Positions 8,843 through 18,659 of a stretch of DNA of 64,000 bases are shown piece by piece. Location of the stretch: the NCBI GenBank assembly GCA_965242865.1, contig CBDETK010000013.1, positions 4,960,001 through 5,024,000 of the forward strand. Reading direction: 5' to 3'. The position numbers were made by a program, and so were the translations under genes. This stretch comes from Candidatus Latescibacterota bacterium (GTDB lineage: Bacteria > Latescibacterota > UBA2968 > UBA8231). Each line of letters starts with the position of its first letter. Within the stretch, counting starts at the first letter, position 1. Under the pieces are notes generated by a model. That model saw nothing but the letters and a program-made list of their open reading frames with translations. It was not told where the DNA came from and made no database searches.

Positions 8843-9625
8843 TCAAGGCTCTGCGAGCTGCAAGCGCTCGATGCGAAGGGCCCGGCCGCTGGCCGCGTCG
8901 GCCTCGACAAGCACACCGCAGAGGACGGCTTGGCCATCGGCGGGCTTGAAGCGGGTGGGAACTTGGGTGAGGAAGCGTTGGATGGCCAATTCGCGCCGGA
9001 CGCCAATCACGGATTCGCGGACGCCGGTCATGCCGGCGTCGGTTAGGTACGCCGTGCCGTTGGGCAGGATGCGCTCGTCAGCGGTCTGGACATGGGTGTG
9101 GGTGCCGATGAGCGCGGTGGCCAGACCGTCGAGGTGAAAGCCCAGGGCCATTTTCTCGGCCGTGGCTTCGGCGTGAAAATCCACAAAGACTAGGGGGGTC
9201 TCAGCGCGCTGGCGTTCGATTTCGGCGCGGCCGGTGCGGAAGGGGCAGTCGGTGACGGGCATCCCGGTGCGCCCTTGCAGGCAGAGCACGGCCACTGGGG
9301 TGCCATCGCGGGCGGCGACGACGGTTGAGCCGATGCCGGGGGCGTCTTGGGGGTAGTTGAAGGGGCGCAGGACGCGGCTTGACTGGGCTAGATGGGGGAT
9401 GAACTCGCGGCGGTCCCAGACGTGGTTGCCGCTGGTGATGATGTCGATGCCATAGCTGTGCAGCTTGTGGGCAATGCCCTCGGTGAGGCCAAACCCTCCG
9501 GCCGCATTTTCGCCGTTGGCGATTACTAGCGCGATGTCGCGCTGTTGCACCACCTCGGGAATCAGGGCCGCGGCGACCCGGCGACCCGGCCGGGCAAAGA
9601 TATCAGCGACGAAGAGAATGTTCAC
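8843..9625 (-). CDS. ymdB: YmdB-like metallophosphoesterase (2',3'-cyclic nucleotide phosphodiesterase)
   Basis: NGENAAGG, TSGNH, DFHAEATAEK, GTHTHVQTAD; GTG start overlaps the rny stop. Confidence 0.92.
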   Translation of the reverse strand: MNILFVADIFARPGRRVAAALIPEVVQQRDIALVIANGENAAGGFGLTEGIAHKLHSYGIDIITSGNHVWDRREFIPHLAQSSRVLRPFNYPQDAPGIGSTVVAARDGTPVAVLCLQGRTGMPVTDCPFRTGRAEIERQRAETPLVFVDFHAEATAEKMALGFHLDGLATALIGTHTHVQTADERILPNGTAYLTDAGMTGVRESVIGVRRELAIQRFLTQVPTRFKPADGQAVLCGVLVEADAASGRALRIERLQLAEP

Positions 9626-11196
9626 CGCGCGTACGACTCGGCGCGCATTTCGCGGATAATGCAGACGCGTAACTGCCCGGGGTAATCGAGCTGTTGCTCG
9701 ATTTTGTGGGTAATTTCGTCGGCGAGTTGTTCGGCATACGTGTCGTCCACCATCTCGCTGTCGACGAGCACCCGAATCTCCTTGCCGTTTTGCAGAGCAA
9801 AGGCTTGCTTGACGCCCACGCAGTCGGCCGCGAGTTCCTCGATGTGCTGCAAGCGGCGGATGTACTCCTCGACTTTTTCTTTTCGCGCGCCCGGGCGGTG
9901 CGTAGAGATTTCGTTGGCGGCTTCGACCAATACGGCCGTGGCCGAGCGCGAGGGCGTGTGTTTGCTGTAGGTTTCGATGATCTGCACGACTTCCGGGCTT
10001 TCGCCGCACTTGCGGGCCAGAACGGCGCTGCTTTGCGCTGGGTCGTTGCCCAACTCAAAGTCCTGGGTCTTGCCAATGTCGTGCAAGAGCCCAGCGCGGC
10101 GAGCCAGTGCCACATCGAGATTGAGCATTTCGGCCATCATGCCAGCCAAAAACCCGACTTCCCTGCTGTGGACCAATACGTTTTGCCCGTAACTGGTGCA
10201 GAAGCGGAGCTTGCCCAGCGTTTCTAGGAGCGGCTCGGATAAGTCGTGGATGCCGAGGTCAAAGGCGGCTTTGGAGCCGGACTCGCGGATCATCTCCTCA
10301 ACGGCGCTGCGAGCCTTGTCGTACACTTCCTCGATGCGCCCGGGGTGGATGCGGCCGTCGCGGATGAGCGTTTCGAGGGTGCGTCTGGCCACCTCGCGGC
10401 GCAGGGGATCAAAACTCGAGAGCATGACCATGCCCGGGGTATCATCGACGATGACTTCGACGCCGGTGATCATTTCAAAAGAGCGGATGTTGCGCCCGTC
10501 GCGGCCGATGATGCGGCCCTTCATGTCGTCGAAGGGAATGGGCAACACCGAAAGGGTGCTCTCGACGGTCAATTCCCCGGCAAAGCGCTGGATGGCGCGG
10601 GTGATGATTTCCTTGGCCTCTAGGTTGGCCGTGGCAATCGCGGTGTCCTTGATCTCGCGGACCTTGCGGGCGGCGACTTGGTGGGCACTCTGCTCTAGCT
10701 GATCGACGAGTATGGACCGGGCCTCTTGCTGGCTGATGCCGGCCAATTCTTCCAGCCGCTGGCTTTGCTCGCGGACGAGGTCTTGCGCTTGGGTCTCAGC
10801 GGCCGCTATGGCGGCCTCGCGGCGGTTGAGGTCTTGCTCGTTCTTGAGCTGTTCGCGCTCCTTGCTCGTGAGCAGGTCTATTTTGCGCTCTAGTTGTTGC
10901 TCGCGCTCTAGCAGCTTGGCCGCGAGGTCGCGCAACGAGCGGCGCTGGGTCTCTTGCTCCTTTTCCAACGGGGCGCGCTCGCGGTGCCACTCGTCTCGCG
11001 CTTCGAGCAAAGCGTTTTTTTTTAGGGTTTCGGCTTCTTGGCGGGCGCGGGTGACGATCTGGTCGGCGGTAGCTTGCGTGCCGCGCAGTCTGCTGCTGCG
11101 CAGCCGCCCGTTCCCCAACCAGCCGAGGAGACAGCCAACGGCGAAAAAGGCCAAGGCACAGCCTAGTAGGACTAGATAGTCAAACCCATCAAACAC
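9622..11196 (-). CDS. rny: Ribonuclease Y (HD domain divergent)
   Basis: N-terminal TM, coiled coil, KH domain MKGRIIGRDGRNIR, TSYGQN, LLHDIGK, RPGAR. Confidence 0.92.
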   Translation of the reverse strand: MFDGFDYLVLLGCALAFFAVGCLLGWLGNGRLRSSRLRGTQATADQIVTRARQEAETLKKNALLEARDEWHRERAPLEKEQETQRRSLRDLAAKLLEREQQLERKIDLLTSKEREQLKNEQDLNRREAAIAAAETQAQDLVREQSQRLEELAGISQQEARSILVDQLEQSAHQVAARKVREIKDTAIATANLEAKEIITRAIQRFAGELTVESTLSVLPIPFDDMKGRIIGRDGRNIRSFEMITGVEVIVDDTPGMVMLSSFDPLRREVARRTLETLIRDGRIHPGRIEEVYDKARSAVEEMIRESGSKAAFDLGIHDLSEPLLETLGKLRFCTSYGQNVLVHSREVGFLAGMMAEMLNLDVALARRAGLLHDIGKTQDFELGNDPAQSSAVLARKCGESPEVVQIIETYSKHTPSRSATAVLVEAANEISTHRPGARKEKVEEYIRRLQHIEELAADCVGVKQAFALQNGKEIRVLVDSEMVDDTYAEQLADEITHKIEQQLDYPGQLRVCIIREMRAESYAR

Positions 11197-11258
11197 GGGG
11201 ATCTCTTTCTCATTGGCCGCAGATGCCGGCGAGCGTCTGGGCAGAGTACGCGGGTGCG

Positions 11259-11573
11259 TTAGCTATCGGAGTGGGGAGCATCCACCTCGGCGAGAAGATG
11301 CCCCAGCGAGGTGACGAGCCGAGAAGTCCGCTGCGCCATATCGGCTTCGGTGGAAGCGGAGTCCTCCCGCAGAGATAGGAGTTCCTCCACCAAGCTCAGA
11401 TTGGCCAAGATGGCTACTTGGAGGGGAGAGCCGCCTTTGATCTCGCGCTTGATCTCGTGCATGCGCTCGTCCACCATCTCGGCCAGCTTCTGCACGTGTT
11501 CGGCGGAGTGATCTTGATCGACCCCTAGGGTGTAGTGCTTGTCGAATATTTTGACCACTACTTGGGACGACAT
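11259..11573 (-). CDS. zapA: Cell division protein ZapA
   Basis: VVKIFDKHYTL...LAEMVDERM...VAILANL; pheT-zapB-zapA-rny synteny. Confidence 0.85.
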   Translation of the reverse strand: MSSQVVVKIFDKHYTLGVDQDHSAEHVQKLAEMVDERMHEIKREIKGGSPLQVAILANLSLVEELLSLREDSASTEADMAQRTSRLVTSLGHLLAEVDAPHSDS

Positions 11574-11615
11574 ACTAGACCCCTTTCTCAGGCGACGTTA
11601 TCTCGACCGCTCGGC

Positions 11616-11906
11616 CTATTCGGTTTCGCTGCTTTCACTGCCGACGACGGTATCCAAGCGGCCGAGGAGCTGTTCGATGCGCTCCTTTACCGCTTCTTTG
11701 TCCTTGTTGAGCTGTTCGTTTTCACTGCTGGTGGCGTTGATTTGCTCGTTGAGGCGTTGGTTTTCAGCCTGCAGGGTGCCGTTTTGTTCGTTGAGGCTCT
11801 GGACCTGCTCACTCAAGGTGTCGTTTTCTTGGCGAAGCGTTTTGAGCTCTTCCGCTAGGCGGTTGATGTGCTGCTCGAGGAGTTCAAAATTTTTGTTTAC
11901 ATCCAT
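11616..11906 (-). CDS. zapB: Cell division protein ZapB (coiled coil)
   Basis: Pure heptad protein ending ERIEQLLGRL, upstream of zapA. Confidence 0.75.
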   Translation of the reverse strand: MDVNKNFELLEQHINRLAEELKTLRQENDTLSEQVQSLNEQNGTLQAENQRLNEQINATSSENEQLNKDKEAVKERIEQLLGRLDTVVGSESSETE

Positions 11907-11939
11907 TGGGGTGGCTGTGCTCCTGATTGAAGGTTGGGG

Positions 11940-14318
11940 TTAGCGCAAGCGGGCGTCGAACCGCGTTGCGAGATTGTTGAGCATCGAGGCAATCGCTGCG
12001 TCGGCCTGTGCGTCCTGCAAGGTCTGCTGGCGGTCGCGCAGCCGAATGGCGAAAGCCACGCTCTTGTGGCCTTCTGCTATTTGATCGCCTTGGTAGAAAT
12101 CAAAAACCTCGATGGATTCGACGAGGTGGGGCGCGCTGTCTCGCATGGCGGCTATGAGTTCGGCGGTTGCAGTGTCTGCGCGTACGACTACGGCCAAGTC
12201 GCGCTCGATCGGCGGAAATTTGGGCAGCGCGGAAAACGCACGCTCCCGGCGGTGCCAATGGCGAGCTAGCGCGGTGAACGATAGTTCAAAAATATGCACT
12301 TGACGCTCTAAATCAAATGCCGCGCACAAGCCGGCCGAAACTTGGCCCAGCCAGCCGAGCGGCTGGCCGCCGAGGGAGACGCTGGCCGCGTGTCCCGAGC
12401 GGCATTCGGGGCGGTCGGCCGGGGCAAAGCGCAGGTCCGCCTCGCCCACGAACGCTTCGAGCAAGCCCTTGAGGTCGAAGAAGTCGGCCTCGCGGGCGTC
12501 GGCCTGATAGGGAGAGGCGGAGACGCGGCCCGACCACAGGGCGGCGAGGTGCCAGCGTTCCTCGGGCCTCGCCGCCTTTGCCGTGCGGGCGACAAAGCAC
12601 TTGCCCAGCTCGAAAATGGCCACCCCTGCGGCCCGCTGGTTGAAGTTGCGACACGCCACATCCAAGAGACTCGGCACCAAGGTGGTACGCAGCGCGTCTT
12701 GGGCTTCGGTCGGCGGATTGGCCAAGCGGGCCGCTTGGCCGGCGGTGCCGGCCCATTCGAGCCAGCGGGATTCAACGATTGTATTGCTGACGACTTCGTC
12801 CAAACCGAGGCCCAAGAGCCGCTGCCGAGCGAGTGGCCTAAGAGCGAGCTCGGGGTCGCGCTGGGTAATCCAAGGGCCAGACGCTGCTTGGCGGCCCTCG
12901 ATGCGGTCGAAGCCGTAGATGCGGCCGACCTCCTCGATGAGGTCGACCGGGCGCGTTAGGTCTGGGCGGAAGCTCGGGGCCGTTACCACGAGGGGGCGGC
13001 CCGATTGAACTAGGCAGCCGAGGCGGGCGAGAATCTGGCCAATCGCGGCCGGGTCTAGCTCCGTAGCCAAGAGCTGGTTGGTGCGATCGACGCAGAGCGG
13101 GATCTGGCGGCGCTGGCCGGGGCGGGGATGCACGTCTAAAGGATGGGGGGCGACCGTTCCACCGGCCACTTCGGCGATCAGGCGAGCGGCGCGGTCAGCC
13201 GCCTGTACCGGAGCGTCCCAATCGGCGCCGCGCTCAAAGCGCATGGCCGCCTCGGTGAAAAGCCCCAGGCGAGACCGAGCCAGCCGCACCCGAGCCGGGG
13301 TAAAATACGCGCTTTCGAGCAGAATATCCGCGGTGGCGGCTGATACTTGGGAATGGGCCCCGCCGATGACCCCGGCGAGTGCTTGGGGCCGCGTCCCATC
13401 GGCAATGACCAGCATCGCTTCGTCGAGCTGACAGTGGGTGCCGTCGAGGGCTTCTAAGGTCTCGCCAGCGCACGCCCGGCGGACGATGATGCGCCGCTGA
13501 TCTAGTGTATGCAGGTCGAAAGCGTGCAGGGGATGCCCCAATTCGCGCAGGACGTAGTTGGTGACATCGACGATGTTGTTGATCGGGCGCTGCCCCACGG
13601 CGCGGAGGCGGCGCTGGAGCCACTCGGGCGAAGGGCCGACCTCGACGCCGCGCACGATGCGACCGACGTAGCGCGGGCAGTCGTCCGGGGCCTCGATGTC
13701 GATGCGCACGTCTTGCTCGGTGGCCGGGCCGCTTTCGGGGACTTGGGCGTTGGGAGGGCGCAGGGGGTCGCCGGTGAGGGCGTGGACCTCGCGGGCAATG
13801 CCCCAGAGGCTCAGGCAGTCCGGGCGGTTGGGCGTAACCTCAAAGTCGAGGACCACATCGCCGCGCCCAGTGGCCGCGGCAAACGGGGCACCGACCGGGA
13901 GGTCTTTGTCGAGCACCACAATGCCGTCGTGGCTATCGCCCAATCCGAGCTCGTCTTCGGCGCAGAGCATGCCCTCGGATGCGACGCCGCGGATTTTGGC
14001 CTTTTTGATGTGCATGCCGCCGGGCAGCGTGGTGCCGGGCAGGGCGACAGCGACGGTTTGCCCGGCCGCAACATTGGGGGCTCCGCAGACGATGGTGTTG
14101 ACCCCGGTCCCCACATCGACTTGGCAGACGGTTAAACGGTCGGCGTTTTCGTGGGGGCGACAGGCTTGGACGCGGCCGATGACGACGCCCTCGTAGCGCG
14201 CCCCGAGATCCTCAACGCCCTCGAATGCCAAGCCCGCCATGGTCAGGCGCTCGGCTAGCTCGGGCCAATCCCAAGGGAAGTCCGCGTATTCCTTGAGCCA
14301 GTTATAGGTGATTTTCAT
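11940..14318 (-). CDS. pheT: Phenylalanine--tRNA ligase beta subunit
   Basis: MKITYNWLKEY, IVCGAPNV, TPNRPDCLS, RFERG, DLIEEVGRIYG, FDX-ACB C-terminal domain. Confidence 0.97.
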   Translation of the reverse strand: MKITYNWLKEYADFPWDWPELAERLTMAGLAFEGVEDLGARYEGVVIGRVQACRPHENADRLTVCQVDVGTGVNTIVCGAPNVAAGQTVAVALPGTTLPGGMHIKKAKIRGVASEGMLCAEDELGLGDSHDGIVVLDKDLPVGAPFAAATGRGDVVLDFEVTPNRPDCLSLWGIAREVHALTGDPLRPPNAQVPESGPATEQDVRIDIEAPDDCPRYVGRIVRGVEVGPSPEWLQRRLRAVGQRPINNIVDVTNYVLRELGHPLHAFDLHTLDQRRIIVRRACAGETLEALDGTHCQLDEAMLVIADGTRPQALAGVIGGAHSQVSAATADILLESAYFTPARVRLARSRLGLFTEAAMRFERGADWDAPVQAADRAARLIAEVAGGTVAPHPLDVHPRPGQRRQIPLCVDRTNQLLATELDPAAIGQILARLGCLVQSGRPLVVTAPSFRPDLTRPVDLIEEVGRIYGFDRIEGRQAASGPWITQRDPELALRPLARQRLLGLGLDEVVSNTIVESRWLEWAGTAGQAARLANPPTEAQDALRTTLVPSLLDVACRNFNQRAAGVAIFELGKCFVARTAKAARPEERWHLAALWSGRVSASPYQADAREADFFDLKGLLEAFVGEADLRFAPADRPECRSGHAASVSLGGQPLGWLGQVSAGLCAAFDLERQVHIFELSFTALARHWHRRERAFSALPKFPPIERDLAVVVRADTATAELIAAMRDSAPHLVESIEVFDFYQGDQIAEGHKSVAFAIRLRDRQQTLQDAQADAAIASMLNNLATRFDARLR

Positions 14319-14335
14319 AAGGCGTTGCCGAGACC

Positions 14336-15346
14336 TCAGAACTGGCGGATGAACCGCAAGTCGTTTTCGAGGAAGCGCCGCACGTCGTCGATGCCGTGCC
14401 GGATCATGGCGATCCGCTCCAATCCCATGCCGAAGGCAAAGCCCGTGTATTCGTCTGGGTTGTAGCCCACGGCGGCAAAAACGGCCGGATCGACCATGCC
14501 GGCCCCGGCGATTTCGATCCAACCCGTTCCCTTGCATATAGAGCAGTGCGCGGATTGCCGCTTGCAAATGCAGGTGAAATCGTATTCTACGCTGGGCTCG
14601 GTAAAGGGAAAGAAGTGAGGCCGAAAGCGCACTTGGGTGTCCTCGCCCATAAGTTGGCGTCCCATGGCCTCGATCGTGCCCTTCAAATCGGCGAAAGAGA
14701 CCCGGCGATCGACGTATAGGCCCTCGATCTGGTGGAAGGCGAAATGGTGGGTTGCATCGATCGTCTCCTTGCGGTAGCAGCGCCCCAAAGAGACGATCCG
14801 CACCGGCGGCGGCGTTTGCTCCATGACGCGGATCTGCACCGTGGAGGTGTGCGTACGCATGAGTCCACCGCCCTCTAGATAGAAGGTGTCGTGTAGATCG
14901 CGGGCGGGGTGATCGGCCGGCGTGTTGAGGGCGTCGAAGTTGTGGTACTCGTCCTCGACTTCCGGCCCATCAGCCACGTCGAACCCCATGCCTTGGAAGA
15001 TGCCGATCAATTCGTCGGTTAGCTCGGAGAGGGGGTGGGCACAGCCCAAAAGGGGCCGTCGCCCCGGAAGCGTCACGTCGAGGGCAGAAGCCGCGTCGGC
15101 CACCTGCTGGAGGGCTAGGGCTTGGTCGTCTAAAGCCTGCTGAATGGCCTTTTGGGCGCACCCGGTCGCCTCCCCGAGGGCAGGTCGTTGGGCCGCGGGC
15201 AGGTGCCCGATCTGCCGCGCAATCTGGCGCAGCCGGCTCTTGCGCCCGAGGTGGCGAACTCGCAGGGCCTCTAGGGCTTGGTCGTCTCGGGCGGCGGCGA
15301 TTTCCTCTACGGCTATCGACGCCAATTGTCGCACTTCTTCTAACAT
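14336..15346 (-). CDS. pheS: Phenylalanine--tRNA ligase alpha subunit
   Basis: NFDALN..DHPAR..HDTFY, RTHTS, FPFTEPS, GFAFGMGLERIAM. Confidence 0.98.
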   Translation of the reverse strand: MLEEVRQLASIAVEEIAAARDDQALEALRVRHLGRKSRLRQIARQIGHLPAAQRPALGEATGCAQKAIQQALDDQALALQQVADAASALDVTLPGRRPLLGCAHPLSELTDELIGIFQGMGFDVADGPEVEDEYHNFDALNTPADHPARDLHDTFYLEGGGLMRTHTSTVQIRVMEQTPPPVRIVSLGRCYRKETIDATHHFAFHQIEGLYVDRRVSFADLKGTIEAMGRQLMGEDTQVRFRPHFFPFTEPSVEYDFTCICKRQSAHCSICKGTGWIEIAGAGMVDPAVFAAVGYNPDEYTGFAFGMGLERIAMIRHGIDDVRRFLENDLRFIRQF

Positions 15347-15358
15347 AGACCTACTAGA

Positions 15359-15397
15359 ACAGAAAGGGCCCGGCGCATGTCGCCGACCCCTTTCTGT
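15359..15397 (-). terminator. Hairpin between rplT and pheS
   Basis: ACAGAAAGGG...CCCTTTCTGT inverted repeat enclosing CGGCG/CGCCG. Confidence 0.55.
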
Positions 15398-15412
15398 CGT
15401 ATAGATGTGAAT

Positions 15413-15766
15413 TTAGACGTGGGGCCGGGCTTGTTCGACGACCGCGGTAAAGGCGGCCGGGTCGCGCACGGCTAGATCGGCCAAAACCTTGCGGTTGATT
15501 GCAACATCGGCTTGGGCCAGCCCGTGGATGAGCTGGCTATACGACAGGCCGTGGCGGCGAGCGGCGGCGTTGATGCGGACAATCCAGAGGCGGCGGAAGT
15601 CGCGCTTGCGCTGACGCCGATCTCGGTAGGCATAAGCTTGGGCGCGATCGACGGCTTCGCGCGCGGTGCGAAAGAGGCGGCTGCGCGCTCCCCAATAACC
15701 CTTGGATTGTTTGAGTACCTTCTTTTTGCGCTTTTTGGAGGCTACGGCGTGACGTACCCGGGGCAT
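15413..15766 (-). CDS. rplT: 50S ribosomal protein L20
   Basis: MPRV...KGYWGARSR...[26 protein letters not shown]. Confidence 0.98.
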   Translation of the reverse strand: MPRVRHAVASKKRKKKVLKQSKGYWGARSRLFRTAREAVDRAQAYAYRDRRQRKRDFRRLWIVRINAAARRHGLSYSQLIHGLAQADVAINRKVLADLAVRDPAAFTAVVEQARPHV

Positions 15767-15789
15767 GGATTATTCTCCGTTAAACTCGC

Positions 15790-15987
15790 TTACTTGAGAT
15801 TTAGGGCCCGGCGAACATTGGCTGAGTCTGCGGACGAGATCGGACTGTTTTTGCGGAAAGCCCGTTTGCGCTTGGTCGAGCGGCCGCCCAAAAGGTGAGT
15901 GGCATAGGCGTTGCGCCGCTTTAGACGGCCCGATCCGCGCTGCTTGATGCGCTTGGCCGAGGATTTGTGCGTCTTGATTTTGGGCAT
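15790..15987 (-). CDS. rpmI: 50S ribosomal protein L35
   Basis: MPKIKTHKSSAKR; immediately upstream of rplT. Confidence 0.95.
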   Translation of the reverse strand: MPKIKTHKSSAKRIKQRGSGRLKRRNAYATHLLGGRSTKRKRAFRKNSPISSADSANVRRALNLK

Positions 15988-16023
15988 AATGTCCTGCTGG
16001 CTTGACGTTGGGCAGAAAGAGCA

Positions 16024-16052
16024 AAAATAGACCATGCTATAGGGGCTGTCAA
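16024..16052 (-). promoter_or_regulatory. Promoter for rpmI-rplT, TTGACA-17-TATTTT
   Basis: Reverse complement of 16047-16052 is TTGACA and of 16024-16029 is TATTTT. Confidence 0.65.
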
Positions 16053-16148
16053 GGAGAGCAGGCCGCCCGGCGGGCGGTGAAATTTTGGCGGAAAAGTTTG
16101 CGGCCCCGGCTCGGATGTGGGCGCGATTCATCGCTGAATGGGAGGCGA

Positions 16149-16412
16149 TTAGGGATCTGGGGGCGATTTACATTTTTCGATTTGCTCTCGCACTTGGGGA
16201 CGGATAAAGACCGAGTCGATAGGCAGCCGCGCAAGGACGCGGCAAAGCAAGCGGACGCGGGCCCCGGTATCGAGTTCGTGGTTGACGATCAAGTAGGACC
16301 GACCGCCGTAGCGGCAGAGGCCACCTCGGCCCTCAAAATCGTCGTAGCGCACCTCGATATCGAGCCCTTCGACGAGGGTTTCGAGTTCTTGGAGGAGAAT
16401 GGCGTCATCCAT
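16149..16412 (-). CDS. Conserved hypothetical protein (87 aa)
   Basis: IEVRYD..EGRGGLCR...LIVN..L pattern; resembles the N-terminal part of ImmA/IrrE-like proteins but has no HExxH. Confidence 0.65.
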   Translation of the reverse strand: MDDAILLQELETLVEGLDIEVRYDDFEGRGGLCRYGGRSYLIVNHELDTGARVRLLCRVLARLPIDSVFIRPQVREQIEKCKSPPDP

Positions 16413-16540
16413 GAAAAAATAATAGGGCCACGGGCTGCGGCTAAGCAAGGAAATTGTTGGGAGCCGAAGGGTGGATTGTTATTATAATGCCGCCATCTTA
16501 GAGCGCGTCCAGCGCGTCCATATCGAAAGGGAAATCAACG

Positions 16541-17371
16541 GTGACCGCTATCCCCCCCCAAGTATTAGTGACAAACGACGACGGCGCTGATTCGCCCATT
16601 TTGGTGCCTTTGCTGCGGGAATTGTCTGAGGTGGCCGAGCTCTGCGTGGTCGTGCCGGCGGCGGAATGCAGTTGGACCAGCAAGAGCATGAGCCGCTTTG
16701 AGCCGTTGGCACTAGCCGCGATCGAATGCGGCGGCTTCCCCGTCCAGACGCTGACCGGCAAGCCCGCCGACTGCGCCAATATCGGCATCCACAACCTCTG
16801 CTCGGCCAAGCCAGCCCTAGTCGTTTCCGGCGTCAATGTGGGCGTCAACTCCGGCCTCGCTTTCACGCTGAGCTCCGGCACGATAGGGGCGGCCGTAGAG
16901 GGCTTTCTCGCCGGGGTGCCGTCCGCCGCTTTTTCGCTGGAGCTGCCCAGACCGGCGTTTGCCCTGTGGCGGCAGTCGCGGCGGCTCGATCCCGCGCTCG
17001 ATGCGGTGGTCGTGGCCGCGGCAGCCGTCACCGCTGACATCGCAGCCGAGGTCTTGCGCGGGGGGTTGCCGGCTGGGGCCGATATGATTGCGGTGAATAT
17101 GCCGGCCAACACGAGGCGCGAATCGCCGCGCTGCCTGACGGGCTTGGCCAAGACGAGCTATGGGCCGCTGTTCGCCCGGGGTGAGGGAGAGCCGCATTTC
17201 GCGTACCGCGGCTGTCAGGTACAGATAGTCGGCGATGGGGCGAATAGCGATGTGGAAGCCTTGGAGCGCGGCGCGGTCGCGATTACGCCGCTTTGCTATT
17301 CGCTGGGTGCTCCAATACGCTCGGCCGATCGCACGCGTTTTGAGCGCGGTGAAGCGAGGGGGCGTGATTAA
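16541..17371 (+). CDS. surE: 5'/3'-nucleotidase SurE
   Basis: VLVTNDDG, GKPADC, VVSGVNVGVN, SGTIGAAVEG, ITPL. Confidence 0.9.
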   Translation: MTAIPPQVLVTNDDGADSPILVPLLRELSEVAELCVVVPAAECSWTSKSMSRFEPLALAAIECGGFPVQTLTGKPADCANIGIHNLCSAKPALVVSGVNVGVNSGLAFTLSSGTIGAAVEGFLAGVPSAAFSLELPRPAFALWRQSRRLDPALDAVVVAAAAVTADIAAEVLRGGLPAGADMIAVNMPANTRRESPRCLTGLAKTSYGPLFARGEGEPHFAYRGCQVQIVGDGANSDVEALERGAVAITPLCYSLGAPIRSADRTRFERGEARGRD

Positions 17372-18659
17372 GCGGCTTCTCACGATAGGCGTCCTATTGT
17401 TCGCCGAGGGCGCGTGGGGCGAGGGCGCAGTCCGCGTAGATTCCACCGCCAGCCAGCCCTCGGCCCCGCTGCTGGCCAAGGTTTCGCAGTCGGCTACCGA
17501 GCAGACCGTGGAAGCCGTGCGCTGGATGGCAAAGCGCCGCCAGTTTACTCTGCGGGGCATTCCCTACGGCGTCACCGGCCTTCCGTTCGCGTATCTCAGC
17601 CCCAACACGAGCTGGAACTGGGGAGGGCGCGTACACTGGGCCGATTACCGGTCCCAGCCCTATCTCTACAAGCTGACGTTGCACGTACAGCAGTCCTCTG
17701 AGGGCAAACTAAAAAACCGGGTGCGGCTGCGGGTGCCCCGGATTTCGGGGACGGGTTTTGGCTTGAGATTGGAGTTGGTGCGAGAGCGCAATCTGCGCAC
17801 GCGCTACTATGGGTTGGGCAACGACAGCGCGTTCAATCGAGATTTTATCAAGCCAACCAGCGCGGATTTCAAAGACGAGAACTACTACTACTACATTCTA
17901 GAGCGGAACCCGCGGGTCTTGGTGAGCCTTTTTCGCCAGCTATACGGTCCAGTATCCACGTCGGTCGGCTTTGGGCTAGAGCGCGTCGATGTGGACCAGC
18001 GGGGGACCCAAGCATTCTATTTGGAGCGCGGCACTCCAGACGGAGTGATCGACGGGTTTTCGGGGTTTATCGGTGCGACGCTCCAATGGGATACCCGCGA
18101 CGACGAAGTGGTGCCGAGACGCGGCTTCTTTCACGAGTGGTCCTACGAGTCGGCGAGCAACTCACTGCTGGCCCTGTTCTTGGAGGCGATTGATTTTAGC
18201 CGCGTGACCCTGACCAACGCCTACTACATCCCGCTGTCGCCGCGGTTGAACTTCTCCCATCGCCTCGTGCTGGAGGTGCTCAGTGGCGAAGTGCCGCTCT
18301 ATGCCTACGGCGAGATTGGGGGCAGTCGCCGGGTCAAGGGATTGGGCGGCAGCGATTCGCTGCGAGGTTTCGACACCCAGCGGTTTACAGACGACGTGCG
18401 CTTTTTGTCCAATATCGAATTGCGCTACCAACTGCACGACATCTGGTTTTACGGACAGTACATAGAGTGGCAGGGAATGGTTTTTTTCGATGCGGGCCGG
18501 GTCTGGCCCGACTTGGATCGGCTGGGGTGGTCGGGCATGCACATCAGCGGCGGCGCCGGGGTGCGCATGATCTGGGACGCCGATTTCGTAATCCGCATGG
18601 GCACGGGCGTGGCCGACGAGCAGATGGATCTCTGGCTGAGCCTAGGACACAATTTCTAG
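17364..18659 (+). CDS. Omp85/BamA-TamA-family outer-membrane barrel without obvious POTRA domains
   Basis: Signal peptide; WDTRDD, LGGSDSLRGF..QRF loop-6 motif, FFDAGRVW, terminal F. Confidence 0.8.
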   Translation: MIKRLLTIGVLLFAEGAWGEGAVRVDSTASQPSAPLLAKVSQSATEQTVEAVRWMAKRRQFTLRGIPYGVTGLPFAYLSPNTSWNWGGRVHWADYRSQPYLYKLTLHVQQSSEGKLKNRVRLRVPRISGTGFGLRLELVRERNLRTRYYGLGNDSAFNRDFIKPTSADFKDENYYYYILERNPRVLVSLFRQLYGPVSTSVGFGLERVDVDQRGTQAFYLERGTPDGVIDGFSGFIGATLQWDTRDDEVVPRRGFFHEWSYESASNSLLALFLEAIDFSRVTLTNAYYIPLSPRLNFSHRLVLEVLSGEVPLYAYGEIGGSRRVKGLGGSDSLRGFDTQRFTDDVRFLSNIELRYQLHDIWFYGQYIEWQGMVFFDAGRVWPDLDRLGWSGMHISGGAGVRMIWDADFVIRMGTGVADEQMDLWLSLGHNF

